A program made the translations under genes and the position numbers. Of a stretch of DNA of 54,146 nt, positions 26,992 to 36,922 are shown in pieces. The stretch's first letter is position 1; each line of letters opens with the position of its first letter. The DNA lies in IMG/VR virus record IMGVR_UViG_3300032309_001150, positions 1-54,146 of that record; one strand, 5' to 3'. The notes beneath the pieces were generated by a model. The model was not told where the DNA came from. It did not search any database and saw nothing but the letters and a program-made list of their open reading frames with translations. The stretch is from a virus. Taxonomy: Duplodnaviria > Caudoviricetes.

Positions 26992-28570
26992 TTGGATAAT
27001 CGGCTCCGCGTGACCAAGGTTGCAGACCGCCCATTGGGGCGGCTTTGACGGAGCCGGGGATGCCTGACACGCTTTCAGGAAACATGAACTTTTCTAAGCC
27101 CTGTATTTTTCTACGCAACGCCTGTTGCTCTGCCGACATTGGTTTAGCGCCTGCGCCTTCATATTCTGACTTTGTCATGAACAGCCTGTCTTTTTCGTAG
27201 TCAGATTTTCCGTATTGGATTTTTGCATCTTTGCCAAGCACTTTTTTGGCCGCGCTTTGCGCATCAAGAAACTCTTGCGGGATTTTGCCCTTGGTAACAG
27301 CGTCGTAAGGAAATACCACAATACCACCTAGTTTTGGATTGTGGCTGATAGCCATGTCACTACCAAGCATCCTTGCAAGGTCAGCAATCTGCTCTTTAGT
27401 CAACCCATCTTTGGTTTTGATCAACATCGCCGATGCGTCCTTGATGTTGTTTGTCATCATGGGCAGGAAACGGTGGCCAGCCATCGCTTCTTGATTCAAA
27501 TCAACGCCCATTTGAGCCACCTGTTGGCGCAATTTTTTGTTGGCTTTTGGGCCTTCGTTAATATTGCCAGCCCTTGGCACATCAATAGCTTGCAAAGGGT
27601 TTAGTTCAAGCTCCCCCTTTGTATTGACATAAGTGCCTTGACCTTCTCTTGCCTTGGTTTTGCCAGTACCCAGCTTGGGGTTTGCCAGCAAAACGTCGTT
27701 CAAACCTTGCCTAAAGCCGTAGGACGTGCCTTGGCCAAGGTCAGGGGCCGTGGCCTCAACTGTAAATGTTGCTGGCGTGAATGGGCGGCGCACGTCGCTC
27801 ACAAGGGTGTTGGCTCCACTTTCCGCGACGCGGGGCAGGTTTTTGGCTCCCTTGACAACCTCTGGAACAGCTTTGGCGGCTTTGACCATTGCAAGCGGCC
27901 CGACTGGGTTGAGAGCAAATTCTGGAACCATGCCTAACAATGGAAATTGGTCCTTGCTTCCTTTTGAAGTGATTCCATACTTTTCGTACAAGTCCCTGAA
28001 TTGTTCGCCTCCCATGAATGGCTTTTCACTGGCATAGGGCTCGACGGTTGGGGGAACTAACTTGCCGCCCATGAGCGACTCGCGCTTGTAGCCACGCTTG
28101 TTTTGTTTTGCGGCTTGCTCTCGCAGGTAGTCGATTCCTTGCAAGCCAAAGTTTGCGATGTCAGATGCGCCACCAGCCATAGTGGCTATAGCGCTGTTTA
28201 TTGCGTAATCCTTGGCTCCACGAGGCGTGCCAAGAAGCCTAACTTCTTTGCCAGTTTGCTCGGACAATTTCTTTGCCATACGACGACGGAACTCAGCCTC
28301 GTCGTCTTCCACGTCGTAGCTTGGCGCACCCATTGGCTCAACGTAGCCACCATCTTCATAGCCGCGTTCTTCTTGCGCCTCTTGCTCGACCTGCATGTTT
28401 TGCTGGGGCTCAAGCTTGAACTCGTTGAGTTCGTCGCGTAACGCCAGCGCGGCAGGCGGGTAATCGTGCTCTGGAGCGTCTTCGTCAAACGCTTCAGGCT
28501 GGCCACCGTTGGCCAAGTGGTTTGCCAGCTTGGTGTGGCCCCACCCTTTAAGCAGTTCTAGATGTTGCAA
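26828..28570 (-). CDS. hypothetical protein with LANGG/YEDGG motifs
   Basis: 580-aa ORF, TTG start overlapping the upstream gene end. Confidence 0.7.
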   Translation of the reverse strand: MQHLELLKGWGHTKLANHLANGGQPEAFDEDAPEHDYPPAALALRDELNEFKLEPQQNMQVEQEAQEERGYEDGGYVEPMGAPSYDVEDDEAEFRRRMAKKLSEQTGKEVRLLGTPRGAKDYAINSAIATMAGGASDIANFGLQGIDYLREQAAKQNKRGYKRESLMGGKLVPPTVEPYASEKPFMGGEQFRDLYEKYGITSKGSKDQFPLLGMVPEFALNPVGPLAMVKAAKAVPEVVKGAKNLPRVAESGANTLVSDVRRPFTPATFTVEATAPDLGQGTSYGFRQGLNDVLLANPKLGTGKTKAREGQGTYVNTKGELELNPLQAIDVPRAGNINEGPKANKKLRQQVAQMGVDLNQEAMAGHRFLPMMTNNIKDASAMLIKTKDGLTKEQIADLARMLGSDMAISHNPKLGGIVVFPYDAVTKGKIPQEFLDAQSAAKKVLGKDAKIQYGKSDYEKDRLFMTKSEYEGAGAKPMSAEQQALRRKIQGLEKFMFPESVSGIPGSVKAAPMGGLQPWSRGADYPTNVIGIGNGEKVEYQPVNFLTSAEGKRYPTYREAEKERASMLDDYHRTFPSKVR

Positions 28571-31500
28571 TGAGTCCGCCTTTCTTTTCTGTCATTTCCG
28601 GCGTGTCCAAACGCCATGTCCCGATGTTGCCGATGTCTGATTTCACGGCGTTGGGGTTGTAGATGCCGAGGTTCTTGGTGTCAAGTTCCTTGGTGTAGTA
28701 GGCGTCATGGCCCAAATTTTTGATGGCCCTTTGCACCGTTGGATGCTCCATCTGCGTCCAGTTGGCAGAAAGTTCAGGGTCGGTCATTGCTTGCAATTGA
28801 CGGTCGATGTGGTCTTTGGGCAAGCCTGAATTTTTGTGCAGATACTGGCGCAAAGCTTCAACATGCTCAGGTTTATCGTAATCGAATGGGTTTTTCACCT
28901 GAACGCGCACTGGTATGACGTTGGCGTTGTCAACATGTTTGTCGGGGTCTGCAAACTTGGTGTCTGGGGTGCTGTACCTGCCATACGCTACATCGCTGAA
29001 TGGGTCCTTGAATTCCAACGCGCCGTGCGCAAAACCCGATGCAAAGGTGGGATCAGGCGTCACAAAGATTGAATCAGCCGTTGTCGGCGAAAACCGCGTG
29101 AAGTTGCGGCGCGTACCGTGGTACATGCGATCCTTCACCGCGCTCGGTTCCAAGAATGCGGCTTTGTTTGCGTCGGCCTGTTCGCGTGGCAGGATCTTGC
29201 GTGCGCCGTAAACTGGTTTGACCTGCTTGAGCCTGTCCGCGTAAGGGAATGCTGGCTCGACCTTGACGTTGGCGGGCGGGCGGGCAAGCTTGGCCGCCTT
29301 CTCTGCCGCCATCTCAGCACGCACCTCATCAGCCAGCGACATGACGGTCTTGGCCGCCTTGCCTGCGCGAAGTGATCCGCCCTTGTCCATGTGCGCAAGG
29401 CCGCCTTTGGCCTTACTCAGCTTCTTGCCCGGCACGTCAGAGCCTTTGGGCGCGACAAACAGCTTTTCGTAAACATCGTGCGGCTCACTGCGACCGATGC
29501 GCACCCTGCCGACCACCTCACCAACACCAAACAGGTCGCCACGGCTTCTTGGGCGTAGCGTTGGGTTAGCACCCGTGCCCGTGTTAAATAACTCCGTAGG
29601 GCTGGCGTATTCGGTAGCCAAGCCGTACTGGTGGCCAACGTCACCCTTCTCGATGGTGGCAATGAAGTTCAGGTCGTTCAGCAGTGGGTCCCCGCCCTCT
29701 GGCTTGAACAATCCCTTGCGTACTAAATTGCTTTTGGTGTACGAGCCTGTCTTGGGGTCAAGCACCTCAAGTCCTGACTGGCTTTTGGCTGACATCATGG
29801 GTCGATTGGTGGATGGGTCGATGACAACGCCCAAGTCTTCCACGATGCGCATGTCCAGCACCTCGCCAGTGCGCGGGTCGATGAACGCACCTGACAAAAA
29901 GTCCTCGCGTCTCTTGCCAGTTTTTTGCAAGATGCGCTCGACCAGCTTCTGTTGGTTGGGAAACTTGTCGGGTTGCAGAAACCAGCGGTTGGGCACTGGG
30001 ATGATGGGAGAGCGGCCCTCCTCGCCCATCTTGGCCACCATGCCACTGACTTGGCCATACTGCTTTTCCGCCGCCATCTCGGCCTTGACCTGCTCGGCAA
30101 TTTTGTTCAGCGCTCCAGCGCCCCTAGCGACACCGCCCTTGGCCATGCCATCCGGTTCATTGGGCGGTAGGTCGGCGGGCACGTTGTTGTCGTACAGCGC
30201 ACGGCGCATGACATCCACGTCCTTTTTTGGGATGTACTCTGGGATTTGGTAGCCTTTGCTCTTGAGCCACTCGGCTTCATAATCAGTGAGCACGTTCCTA
30301 CGGCGCTGAAGGCCAGCGTATGGCAAATCGTCAACATCAGACCATTTGCCAGTGTTCACAAGGTCATGCACCATAGGCTGGTACTTACCAATCACTGGCT
30401 CATCTTGCTTGCCCTTGATTTGAGCAATGCGAACTGGCGGATTTTTCATCGCCGCTACATCTTCACCCTCTGGCAAGTCAGCGGCGTAATTGCCCAACTC
30501 AAAGCCGCGCATGGGCTTAACTTCTACGGTGGCATGCGATTCACCCTTTGTATCACGCAACGAAAGAATGCGTTTATTTCCGCGCCACACGTCATCGCAA
30601 TAGGAACCAACGCAGTGCCCCATTACGTTACCCTCGTGCTCCAAGGCGGCTTGCATGTCGAGGTAGATAGGATTATGAATTGTGCTTTGGCCACTGGGAT
30701 CTGTGTACACCTCTCGGACTGGATCGTACGACCAGCCCTCTGGTAGCGGGGTGTCTTTGTTGGCGCTGATCTCCACCCACCTGTATCCTGTTGGATACTC
30801 TTTGTAGGTCTTGGTGGCCCTGTTGTTTTCCATGGCCCGCCTTGCGGCCTCTTCTTCGCGCACCCTTTTGTCGTTCACGCTCTTGACGGTGTCCGCAACG
30901 GTGACCTTGTTCAACTGATCGGGGCGAATCTCGTCGTTGTCCAGTCTTTGATAAACGTCTTCGACGAGGTCTTCAAAGCCCAACGGTTGTGAATTGCGTG
31001 GCCCGTAGGTAATTACCTGCTCTCCAGCAGGCAGATCCTTCATCCACGGGTTTTTCTCAATCATGTCCTTGTGAGGCGTGTACGAATGTATGGCATCGTC
31101 TGATAGCGTTTCCCACGCTTTGGCCTCGGGGCTTTCGCCCACACCCTCTACGGGCACGCCTACCCTCTTGCGCTTGGCCGTCACATATGGCGTTGCACGT
31201 TCAACATCACCTGTAAACCCTTTGAGGTGCGTGACACCTTTCTCGGCAAGCTTGCGCACCGGGTCGTTTCTCGTGCCCATCTGCTTTTTGATGTAGTTTT
31301 TCAGGTTGCTGTTGACCCACTGCCGTCTGGCCAAGCCTTTTTCCAACTCTTTGCTCAATAGTTCGACGCGGTCTGCGGCGGCTTTGTCGCCATCAGCGGC
31401 CCTTACGCGGTCACCGGCAATTGACTCTTCCAACATCTTTTGCGTGTTTGGCGAGAAGGCTTGCGTTTGTAAATCCCGCAACTCCGCATTCAAGTCTCCG

Positions 31501-32696
31501 CCCGCCCACTGGCCAGCGTCCTCGCGCATGATGGATGGCCTGCCAACTGGGGTCATCTTGCTGGCCCCGCGGGCTGATGGCATAGACCGCTCAACATCAT
31601 CGGCCATACCCTTGATGGCCTTGATACCACGCATGACGCCGCCTTTCGCCATGTGAGCCAATCCACCTTTGCGGTATCCGGCCTTTTGCATTCTGGTCAA
31701 CAGGTCTTCACTGAGCAATTGCGTCGGATCGTTTTTGGTGTAATCCATCTGCGTGATGTCGCGGCCCTTCTCCAACTCCTTGGCCGCCTTGAAGTCTTCG
31801 AACACAGAAGCGATGGGCGTGGGCAGGTAGTTCACATCCAGATCTTCGCCCGTGAGAATGATGGGGTAGTCGCTGTGTAAGTCGGGCCTGTCAATGACGT
31901 TGTCATCCAAACGGAACAGCCTGTTTCCCAAGTCCAGCGTGCGTGCCTGAGCCATGTTAGGGTCGAGGTTCTTCTGAAGCATCTGCTCCATCGGAACGGT
32001 TCGGCCCTTCTCGCCACCCACGCCACGCCCAGCAAAGATGTCGGCCATCAAAGCGCGTTGGTCGTACGTCTTGACCGCCTTGCGGAAGTTGCGCGAACCC
32101 AAGTCGATGCCGTTGGGAAAGATCAAGCGGCCATTGTTGTCGACCGTAGTGCTGGCCTTGTCACTCAGCTTCTGGATCTGCTCGGGTGACATCTTCTTGC
32201 GTTGGTTTGCAAAGATGTCTGCAAACTCGCTGAACATCGTGGAGTTGGACTTGTGTTGTTCAAGGCCGCCGACCGATGGCGTCCAGATCACCTTAGCGCC
32301 CTTGGGGACCTGCGCCTTGTTGCGGTTCAGGATGCGCGTTCCCATCTTCTTGTCGGTCACGCCAGCCACCGCCCGGGCCTTTGCGTACTCTGGATCAATC
32401 AGTTGGATGCCCGAGAAGCCGGGGCCGCCGAACTTACCCTTCGACAGATCGACCTGCATGCGGTCGTAAAAGATGGGCTTGATGTACGAACCCTCGTGCT
32501 GGCCGTACGCCTCCGACGCCTTGATGGGCGGCTTGCTGGCCTCTTTGGCTTTGCGCTGGGCCTCTAGCTGGAACTTGTCTAGCTTGGCGGCTCTCTCTGC
32601 GGCCATCTCAGCCCTGACCTCGTCAGCCAACGTCTTGAAAACCGCAGGAGCGCCTTCTGCGATTTCGTCGAGTGCTTTGTATTTAGACATGGTCAC
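28548..32696 (-). CDS. large polyvalent protein: four modules including PcfJ-like and ART-PolyVal-like ADP-ribosyltransferase domains
   Basis: LEHEGNVMGHCVGSY...ILSLRD...HATVEV (PcfJ-like); MYHGT...FVTPDP...KNPFDY...AVKSDIGNIGTW (ART-PolyVal-like). Confidence 0.7.
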   Translation of the reverse strand: MTMSKYKALDEIAEGAPAVFKTLADEVRAEMAAERAAKLDKFQLEAQRKAKEASKPPIKASEAYGQHEGSYIKPIFYDRMQVDLSKGKFGGPGFSGIQLIDPEYAKARAVAGVTDKKMGTRILNRNKAQVPKGAKVIWTPSVGGLEQHKSNSTMFSEFADIFANQRKKMSPEQIQKLSDKASTTVDNNGRLIFPNGIDLGSRNFRKAVKTYDQRALMADIFAGRGVGGEKGRTVPMEQMLQKNLDPNMAQARTLDLGNRLFRLDDNVIDRPDLHSDYPIILTGEDLDVNYLPTPIASVFEDFKAAKELEKGRDITQMDYTKNDPTQLLSEDLLTRMQKAGYRKGGLAHMAKGGVMRGIKAIKGMADDVERSMPSARGASKMTPVGRPSIMREDAGQWAGGDLNAELRDLQTQAFSPNTQKMLEESIAGDRVRAADGDKAAADRVELLSKELEKGLARRQWVNSNLKNYIKKQMGTRNDPVRKLAEKGVTHLKGFTGDVERATPYVTAKRKRVGVPVEGVGESPEAKAWETLSDDAIHSYTPHKDMIEKNPWMKDLPAGEQVITYGPRNSQPLGFEDLVEDVYQRLDNDEIRPDQLNKVTVADTVKSVNDKRVREEEAARRAMENNRATKTYKEYPTGYRWVEISANKDTPLPEGWSYDPVREVYTDPSGQSTIHNPIYLDMQAALEHEGNVMGHCVGSYCDDVWRGNKRILSLRDTKGESHATVEVKPMRGFELGNYAADLPEGEDVAAMKNPPVRIAQIKGKQDEPVIGKYQPMVHDLVNTGKWSDVDDLPYAGLQRRRNVLTDYEAEWLKSKGYQIPEYIPKKDVDVMRRALYDNNVPADLPPNEPDGMAKGGVARGAGALNKIAEQVKAEMAAEKQYGQVSGMVAKMGEEGRSPIIPVPNRWFLQPDKFPNQQKLVERILQKTGKRREDFLSGAFIDPRTGEVLDMRIVEDLGVVIDPSTNRPMMSAKSQSGLEVLDPKTGSYTKSNLVRKGLFKPEGGDPLLNDLNFIATIEKGDVGHQYGLATEYASPTELFNTGTGANPTLRPRSRGDLFGVGEVVGRVRIGRSEPHDVYEKLFVAPKGSDVPGKKLSKAKGGLAHMDKGGSLRAGKAAKTVMSLADEVRAEMAAEKAAKLARPPANVKVEPAFPYADRLKQVKPVYGARKILPREQADANKAAFLEPSAVKDRMYHGTRRNFTRFSPTTADSIFVTPDPTFASGFAHGALEFKDPFSDVAYGRYSTPDTKFADPDKHVDNANVIPVRVQVKNPFDYDKPEHVEALRQYLHKNSGLPKDHIDRQLQAMTDPELSANWTQMEHPTVQRAIKNLGHDAYYTKELDTKNLGIYNPNAVKSDIGNIGTWRLDTPEMTEKKGGLIATSRTA

Positions 32697-34111
32697 ACCG
32701 CATATGGGTTCACCCTCGCAGGTTGGGGGTCGTACAGATCGTCGTCATCATACCTTGGCGCTGGGTCGATGTCGAGCCAGCCTTGATCCTTCAGCATGCG
32801 GATAGCCTGCGTGGCGGTGTCGACGTAGTCGTCGTGGAGCGAGTCAGGGAAGGAACAGATCTGGCTCAGGAACCCTTCGGCCCAGTTCTTCACCATGCCG
32901 GGGCGCGACTCGCTCTCGGGTAGCCACACACGGCCAGCGGCAAAGACAGCGGCGGCGATCTGGAGCCTCTGCATCTTATCGGCCCGCCCGGGGTTGTAGG
33001 CACGCACAGGCAGGTTAGCGCGGCCCAGTTCTTGGATCAAGGATATGCCAGCCGCCTTGTCCTCGATCAGCAAGATGTCGGGCTTCTTGGCCTTCTTGCC
33101 CTCGCCGTAGCTGTTCTGGAACTCCTCGATCACCCGGGGCTTGAGGTCGGGGAAGCTGAGGTGGTCGGCCCATGCGTCGATCAGCAGGACAGACATGGGG
33201 CCGTCCAGCGGCTTGAATACGCCCCACACCGTGCAGGCGGTCGGGTCGTTGTGGGTCTTCTCGCTGAAGGCGCAGTCCAGCGACATGACGATGTACTCAA
33301 AGTCGGGGAACGGGTTGTCCAGTCCGTCCTTGGTCTTGGCTGGCCATAGTTCGAACATGGATCGGCTGATGACCTTGCCGTCCTCCAGATCCACCAGTTC
33401 GCCCATGACCTCTTGGTCGTACAGCTTGGTTCCCTTGTATTGCTCCAACTGCTTGGCGAAGCTTGGGGCCAAGTTCTTCATGTTGGCGTAGGTGCTGGCG
33501 CGGTCGATCACCACGTCCTCACCCTCGCGGCCCACTAGATCAATGATCAGGTCCTTGGGCTTGGGCGTGGTGGTGGCGATCACCCTCGGCTGTTTGCCAA
33601 GGCGCAGGCCAAACATCATCATGTCCCACGCCTCCTGCGGGTACTGGAAGGCGGCCAACTCGTCTGCCCAGCACCAGTGGAACTGCGGGCCACGCAGGCG
33701 CTCGTAGCTGTCCGCGCTGATGCCGCGGATGCTGGAGCCGTTGACCATCTCAATCACATGATCCTGCTTGTTATAACTAAGTACTAACTCTTTGGGGATG
33801 TTGGCCAGCAGGCCGGATGCACCCTCGAAGCAGGTGAACTTCACGTCACTGCTGGTGGGGGCTAGAACGAGCCCACGGGACTTAGGGTGCGTCCAGCACC
33901 ACCACCATAGGGTTTGGCTCCCGGCGTGGCTTTTGCCCGCTCCACGGCCTGCCAGCAGTAACCAGACGGTCCAATCCATCTTGAGGTCGGGCGGGATCTG
34001 GTAGGCGTGGGCGCTGTTGACCCACTCTAAGTGCTTGATGATGGCCAGCCGCTCCAGTTCTGGCTGGGCCTCGAACTCCCGCGCCGTCTCGGTGTCAAGC
34101 AGATCCAGCAC
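32693..34111 (-). CDS. terL: terminase large subunit
   Basis: Walker A AGRGAGKS, LRGPQFHWCWADE Walker B, ATTTP, nuclease motifs SLDCA and HDDYVD. Confidence 0.95.
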   Translation of the reverse strand: MLDLLDTETAREFEAQPELERLAIIKHLEWVNSAHAYQIPPDLKMDWTVWLLLAGRGAGKSHAGSQTLWWWCWTHPKSRGLVLAPTSSDVKFTCFEGASGLLANIPKELVLSYNKQDHVIEMVNGSSIRGISADSYERLRGPQFHWCWADELAAFQYPQEAWDMMMFGLRLGKQPRVIATTTPKPKDLIIDLVGREGEDVVIDRASTYANMKNLAPSFAKQLEQYKGTKLYDQEVMGELVDLEDGKVISRSMFELWPAKTKDGLDNPFPDFEYIVMSLDCAFSEKTHNDPTACTVWGVFKPLDGPMSVLLIDAWADHLSFPDLKPRVIEEFQNSYGEGKKAKKPDILLIEDKAAGISLIQELGRANLPVRAYNPGRADKMQRLQIAAAVFAAGRVWLPESESRPGMVKNWAEGFLSQICSFPDSLHDDYVDTATQAIRMLKDQGWLDIDPAPRYDDDDLYDPQPARVNPYAV

Positions 34112-34682
34112 GGGTTTTCAATTCAGCGTTGCGGATCAATTCAAACAGGCGGCTCGGTCCTACGTCCTCGGTGGTGATGGGAGCCCCACCCTTCACGCCC
34201 TCGATGGCCACGCGGTCACCGTACTTGGTGGGGTGGAACTTGGCCAACAGCTTCAGGCGCGTCTCGATCTGTAGCTTGCGGTGGCCCAGCATGTCCTCGA
34301 CGGTGGTGGACGCGCCCTTGTCGGTAACGGTCTGAATCTTCCCAAACTGGGGCGTGTCAGCAATCAGCAAGCATTCTTCGGCCAGCGCGTCGTAGCCAAT
34401 ATCGCGTGCGCGTGCGATGGATGCGGAAAGACCGACCCCCTTAGTACCCAAAGCATCGTCTCTGGCCATCCAGTCGTAGACAGTACGCCAAGCGGGGAAT
34501 CCTTCGTTGTCTCTGCATATCTTGCGTAGTGGGATGCCATCGGATAGTTGTTCGCAGATCTTGCGGGCGATCTCGGGGTTGTACTTTGACGGGCGTCCTG
34601 TGGGTTTCGGAGCCGTGGGCTTCTTTGCGGCCACTTTGCGTGGCTTCGCGGCTTTGGAAGGTTTAGCGGTCGTTTCAGGCAT
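34095..34682 (-). CDS. terS: terminase small subunit (Sf6/P22-like)
   Basis: GRPSKYNPEIARKICEQLSDGIPLRKIC...RKLQIETRLKLLAK..P.KYGD. Confidence 0.9.
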   Translation of the reverse strand: MPETTAKPSKAAKPRKVAAKKPTAPKPTGRPSKYNPEIARKICEQLSDGIPLRKICRDNEGFPAWRTVYDWMARDDALGTKGVGLSASIARARDIGYDALAEECLLIADTPQFGKIQTVTDKGASTTVEDMLGHRKLQIETRLKLLAKFHPTKYGDRVAIEGVKGGAPITTEDVGPSRLFELIRNAELKTRAGSA

Positions 34683-34770
34683 GATCCCTATTCCGTTTGG
34701 GTTGCAATGGCGCTGAGTGTATTCGCTTTTTTTGCACTAATCCCTGCTCTAACAGGGAAGTTTTCGACAA

Positions 34771-35001
34771 CTAAGTCTCAACAGCCTTGATTTTATTCGA
34801 CTTTTCCTTCTTGTGCAAGAACATTTGGCGCTCACGGATGGCGTCGATCTCCGCCCACAGCTTGATGCCATACGGGTGGGTAGCCTCGTAGCCACCGACC
34901 TTCAGGGTTTCGTAACAGTCGTTCAACGCCCGTTGAAGTTCCGTTGGACCGTAGTTGACCAAACGCATGCGGGCCTGCTCGATGAAGTGCTGGTGGTTCA
35001 T
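34771..35001 (-). CDS. hypothetical protein
   Basis: 76 aa, coupled ORF. Confidence 0.65.
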   Translation of the reverse strand: MNHQHFIEQARMRLVNYGPTELQRALNDCYETLKVGGYEATHPYGIKLWAEIDAIRERQMFLHKKEKSNKIKAVET

Positions 35002-35162
35002 GCGGCCTCCTGCTTGGTGCGCTTAACGTCCTGCTCTAGGCGCTCGATAAACTCAACCAAGGCGTTGAGGTCGGCAAGCTTGGTGGCAAAGGCTTCACCC
35101 ACAAAAGTGAGGGCAAAGTCGATGCCGCCATCAAAGCCCTCCCTGTAGTCTTTGTTCGACAT
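34998..35162 (-). CDS. hypothetical protein, 54 aa (not in ORF track)
   Basis: MSNKDYREGFDGGIDFAL...; GGAGG RBS, ATGA overlap. Confidence 0.6.
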   Translation of the reverse strand: MSNKDYREGFDGGIDFALTFVGEAFATKLADLNALVEFIERLEQDVKRTKQEAA

Positions 35163-35165
35163 GGC

Positions 35166-35390
35166 TTACGCCTCCTGCAAATTGCGCTCGTAGGCGCGGA
35201 CGGCCTCTTTGAGCTTGATTGTGGTGATGACCGAGGCAAAGTTGCCCGCCTTGGTGTAACCGATGCCCGCAGGCGCGGTGGCCTTCTGGATGGTGTACGA
35301 GTGACCAGTGTCAAACGTGTAGTAGGTCCCACCGTCCACCTCGTGCGTGCCGTAGCGCACGGTGTAGGTGTTTTTGTCTATAACTTTCAT
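35166..35390 (-). CDS. hypothetical protein
   Basis: 74 aa preceded by the conserved AACAGCGAAGGA leader. Confidence 0.7.
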   Translation of the reverse strand: MKVIDKNTYTVRYGTHEVDGGTYYTFDTGHSYTIQKATAPAGIGYTKAGNFASVITTIKLKEAVRAYERNLQEA

Positions 35391-35435
35391 GCTATCTCCT
35401 TCGCTGTTGGTTGGGGCCGAGGCCCCGGTGGTTGA

Positions 35436-35825
35436 TTAAGCTTCGAGTCTATCGGCAAAGGCACGCTCGGCCTCTTCACCGCGGTTAATGTAGGCGTCTG
35501 AGCCATACACGGGCGCATCTTCGTACCAATGAGCGGCGTCAAGAATGTAACCGTTTTCGAGGGCGTAGTTTACGCGGGCGGCCAATCTCATGGCGCGACC
35601 AAAAGCCACATCGCGCTTATCTTCGAAATGAATCCAGTTGTCGTCCTCAGAAACGACTTGGCGCTCTACGCTGTTGAAAAACACGTTGTGACGAAAGCGC
35701 AGACCGTAATCGTTGGACACCGTCACAAAATAACGGTCTGCTGTAAAGATCTCGCCATCTTCGGTGCGGCCCGCGTTGTAAACGTCGGCTACCACTTCGG
35801 CTGTGAATGTGAACGGGTTTGTCAT
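35436..35825 (-). CDS. hypothetical protein
   Basis: 129 aa preceded by the full promoter/RBS cassette. Confidence 0.75.
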   Translation of the reverse strand: MTNPFTFTAEVVADVYNAGRTEDGEIFTADRYFVTVSNDYGLRFRHNVFFNSVERQVVSEDDNWIHFEDKRDVAFGRAMRLAARVNYALENGYILDAAHWYEDAPVYGSDAYINRGEEAERAFADRLEA

Positions 35826-35831
35826 TTTGAA

Positions 35832-35901
35832 TCCTTCGCTGTTGGTTGTTAAATTGTCCTAAGACCCTACTATAACGGATCTAAAACCGTATCGGTTGAC
35901 A
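35832..35901 (-). promoter_or_regulatory. early promoter/RBS cassette copy
   Basis: TGTCAACCGATACGGTT-N7-CGTTATAGTAGGGTCTTAGGACA...AACAGCGAAGGA. Confidence 0.75.
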
Positions 35902-35943
35902 CGGGTTGACAAAAAAACAAAAATATTTTCGGCAACAAGTAGC

Positions 35944-35963
35944 GGGGGGGTCAAAACCCCCCC
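35944..35963. terminator. hairpin downstream of the DUF932 gene
   Basis: G7-TCAAAA-C7 inverted repeat. Confidence 0.45.
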
Positions 35964-35979
35964 ACCTTTTGCGCTTGAC

Positions 35980-36834
35980 TTACGCGGCGACAAGTTCCTC
36001 CACGTCAATCACGTTTTGCTTCAGGTTGGCAAAGCCGTCAGCCAACTGCCACAGGGCGCGGTTCAGCTTGACGTTTTCGCTCACGCCACCCACAGCGCGG
36101 GTAGTCAGGCGGCGGCCAGTCTTGGCGCGGCCATGTACGCCACCCTTAACCAAAGACTCTTGGACGCGGTTGAAGGTCGTCCACAGGTCGTTTTTGCGGT
36201 CGTCCCAGCGGTTGGGGACCAGCACACGTTCAGCGGTCACAGGCGCTTGGTCTTGCTCCCAGCGCAGGGACAGGGCCGTGTTAGCAAACAGGCGCTGTTC
36301 GTCTTCGTTCAGGCCGATGGACTTGAAAGTCTCCACGCGCTCTTGGGCAATTTGCAGGTCGTCCAGAATGCGGGTTGCGCCCTCAATCACGTTGTCCACC
36401 ACGTCGCCGCTGTGGCGCACGCGGATGTCGTTGGTCACGTCACCAGCGATCAGGCCGTTGTTGCAAACGAAGCGGAAAAAGCCTGACAGCAATTGGTAGC
36501 TGGAGGAACCGTCGTGGCTGTTCAACAGAATGATCTCGCCCACTTCGCCGTCGCCTTCGATGGCGTCAGCGTGGCGCAAACGAACCAAATGCTTGGTGTG
36601 TTCGCGCTTGCCAGCGTCACGCACGCGGGTCTGGCGCACTTCGTAGGGCTGGAAGCCCTCGCGGCGCAAACCGTCAATGACGTTGATGGTGGGGATGAAT
36701 GTGTAACGGTCGCCGCGTGACTCGTGGGCCTCGCTTGCCACCACGCTGGGGGCGTAGTAGGCGATCTGCTCGTTGGTCAAAGGCACGTTGGAACGGTGGC
36801 CAGAGAACGGGTTGGATTTGCTAAAACGGTACAT
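35980..36834 (-). CDS. DUF932 (DUF945) family protein
   Basis: HESRGDRYTFIPT, REHTKHLVRLR, ILLNSHDGSSSYQL, FRFVCNNGL, DLWTTFNRVQE. Confidence 0.9.
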   Translation of the reverse strand: MYRFSKSNPFSGHRSNVPLTNEQIAYYAPSVVASEAHESRGDRYTFIPTINVIDGLRREGFQPYEVRQTRVRDAGKREHTKHLVRLRHADAIEGDGEVGEIILLNSHDGSSSYQLLSGFFRFVCNNGLIAGDVTNDIRVRHSGDVVDNVIEGATRILDDLQIAQERVETFKSIGLNEDEQRLFANTALSLRWEQDQAPVTAERVLVPNRWDDRKNDLWTTFNRVQESLVKGGVHGRAKTGRRLTTRAVGGVSENVKLNRALWQLADGFANLKQNVIDVEELVAA

Positions 36835-36841
36835 TTTGATT

Positions 36842-36917
36842 TCCTTCGCTGTTAAAAAAATTTTGGTTTGTGTCCGAAGACCCTAATACAACGTGACACA
36901 AACCGATTCGGTTGACA
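36842..36917 (-). promoter_or_regulatory. early promoter/RBS cassette copy
   Basis: TGTCAACCGAATCGGTT-N7-CGTTGTATTAGGGTCTTCGGACA...AACAGCGAAGGA. Confidence 0.75.
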
Positions 36918-36922
36918 TCATT

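Noticed and set aside
29497-30252. Long plus-strand ORFs (also 46121-46933, 22877-23518, 52524-53736)
   Set aside because: Antisense shadows of well-supported minus-strand genes with no recognisable motifs
35413-35426. GGGGCC-GA-GGCCCC hairpin as a terminator
   Set aside because: No U-tract in the transcribed direction; more likely a stabilising or processing hairpin before the leader
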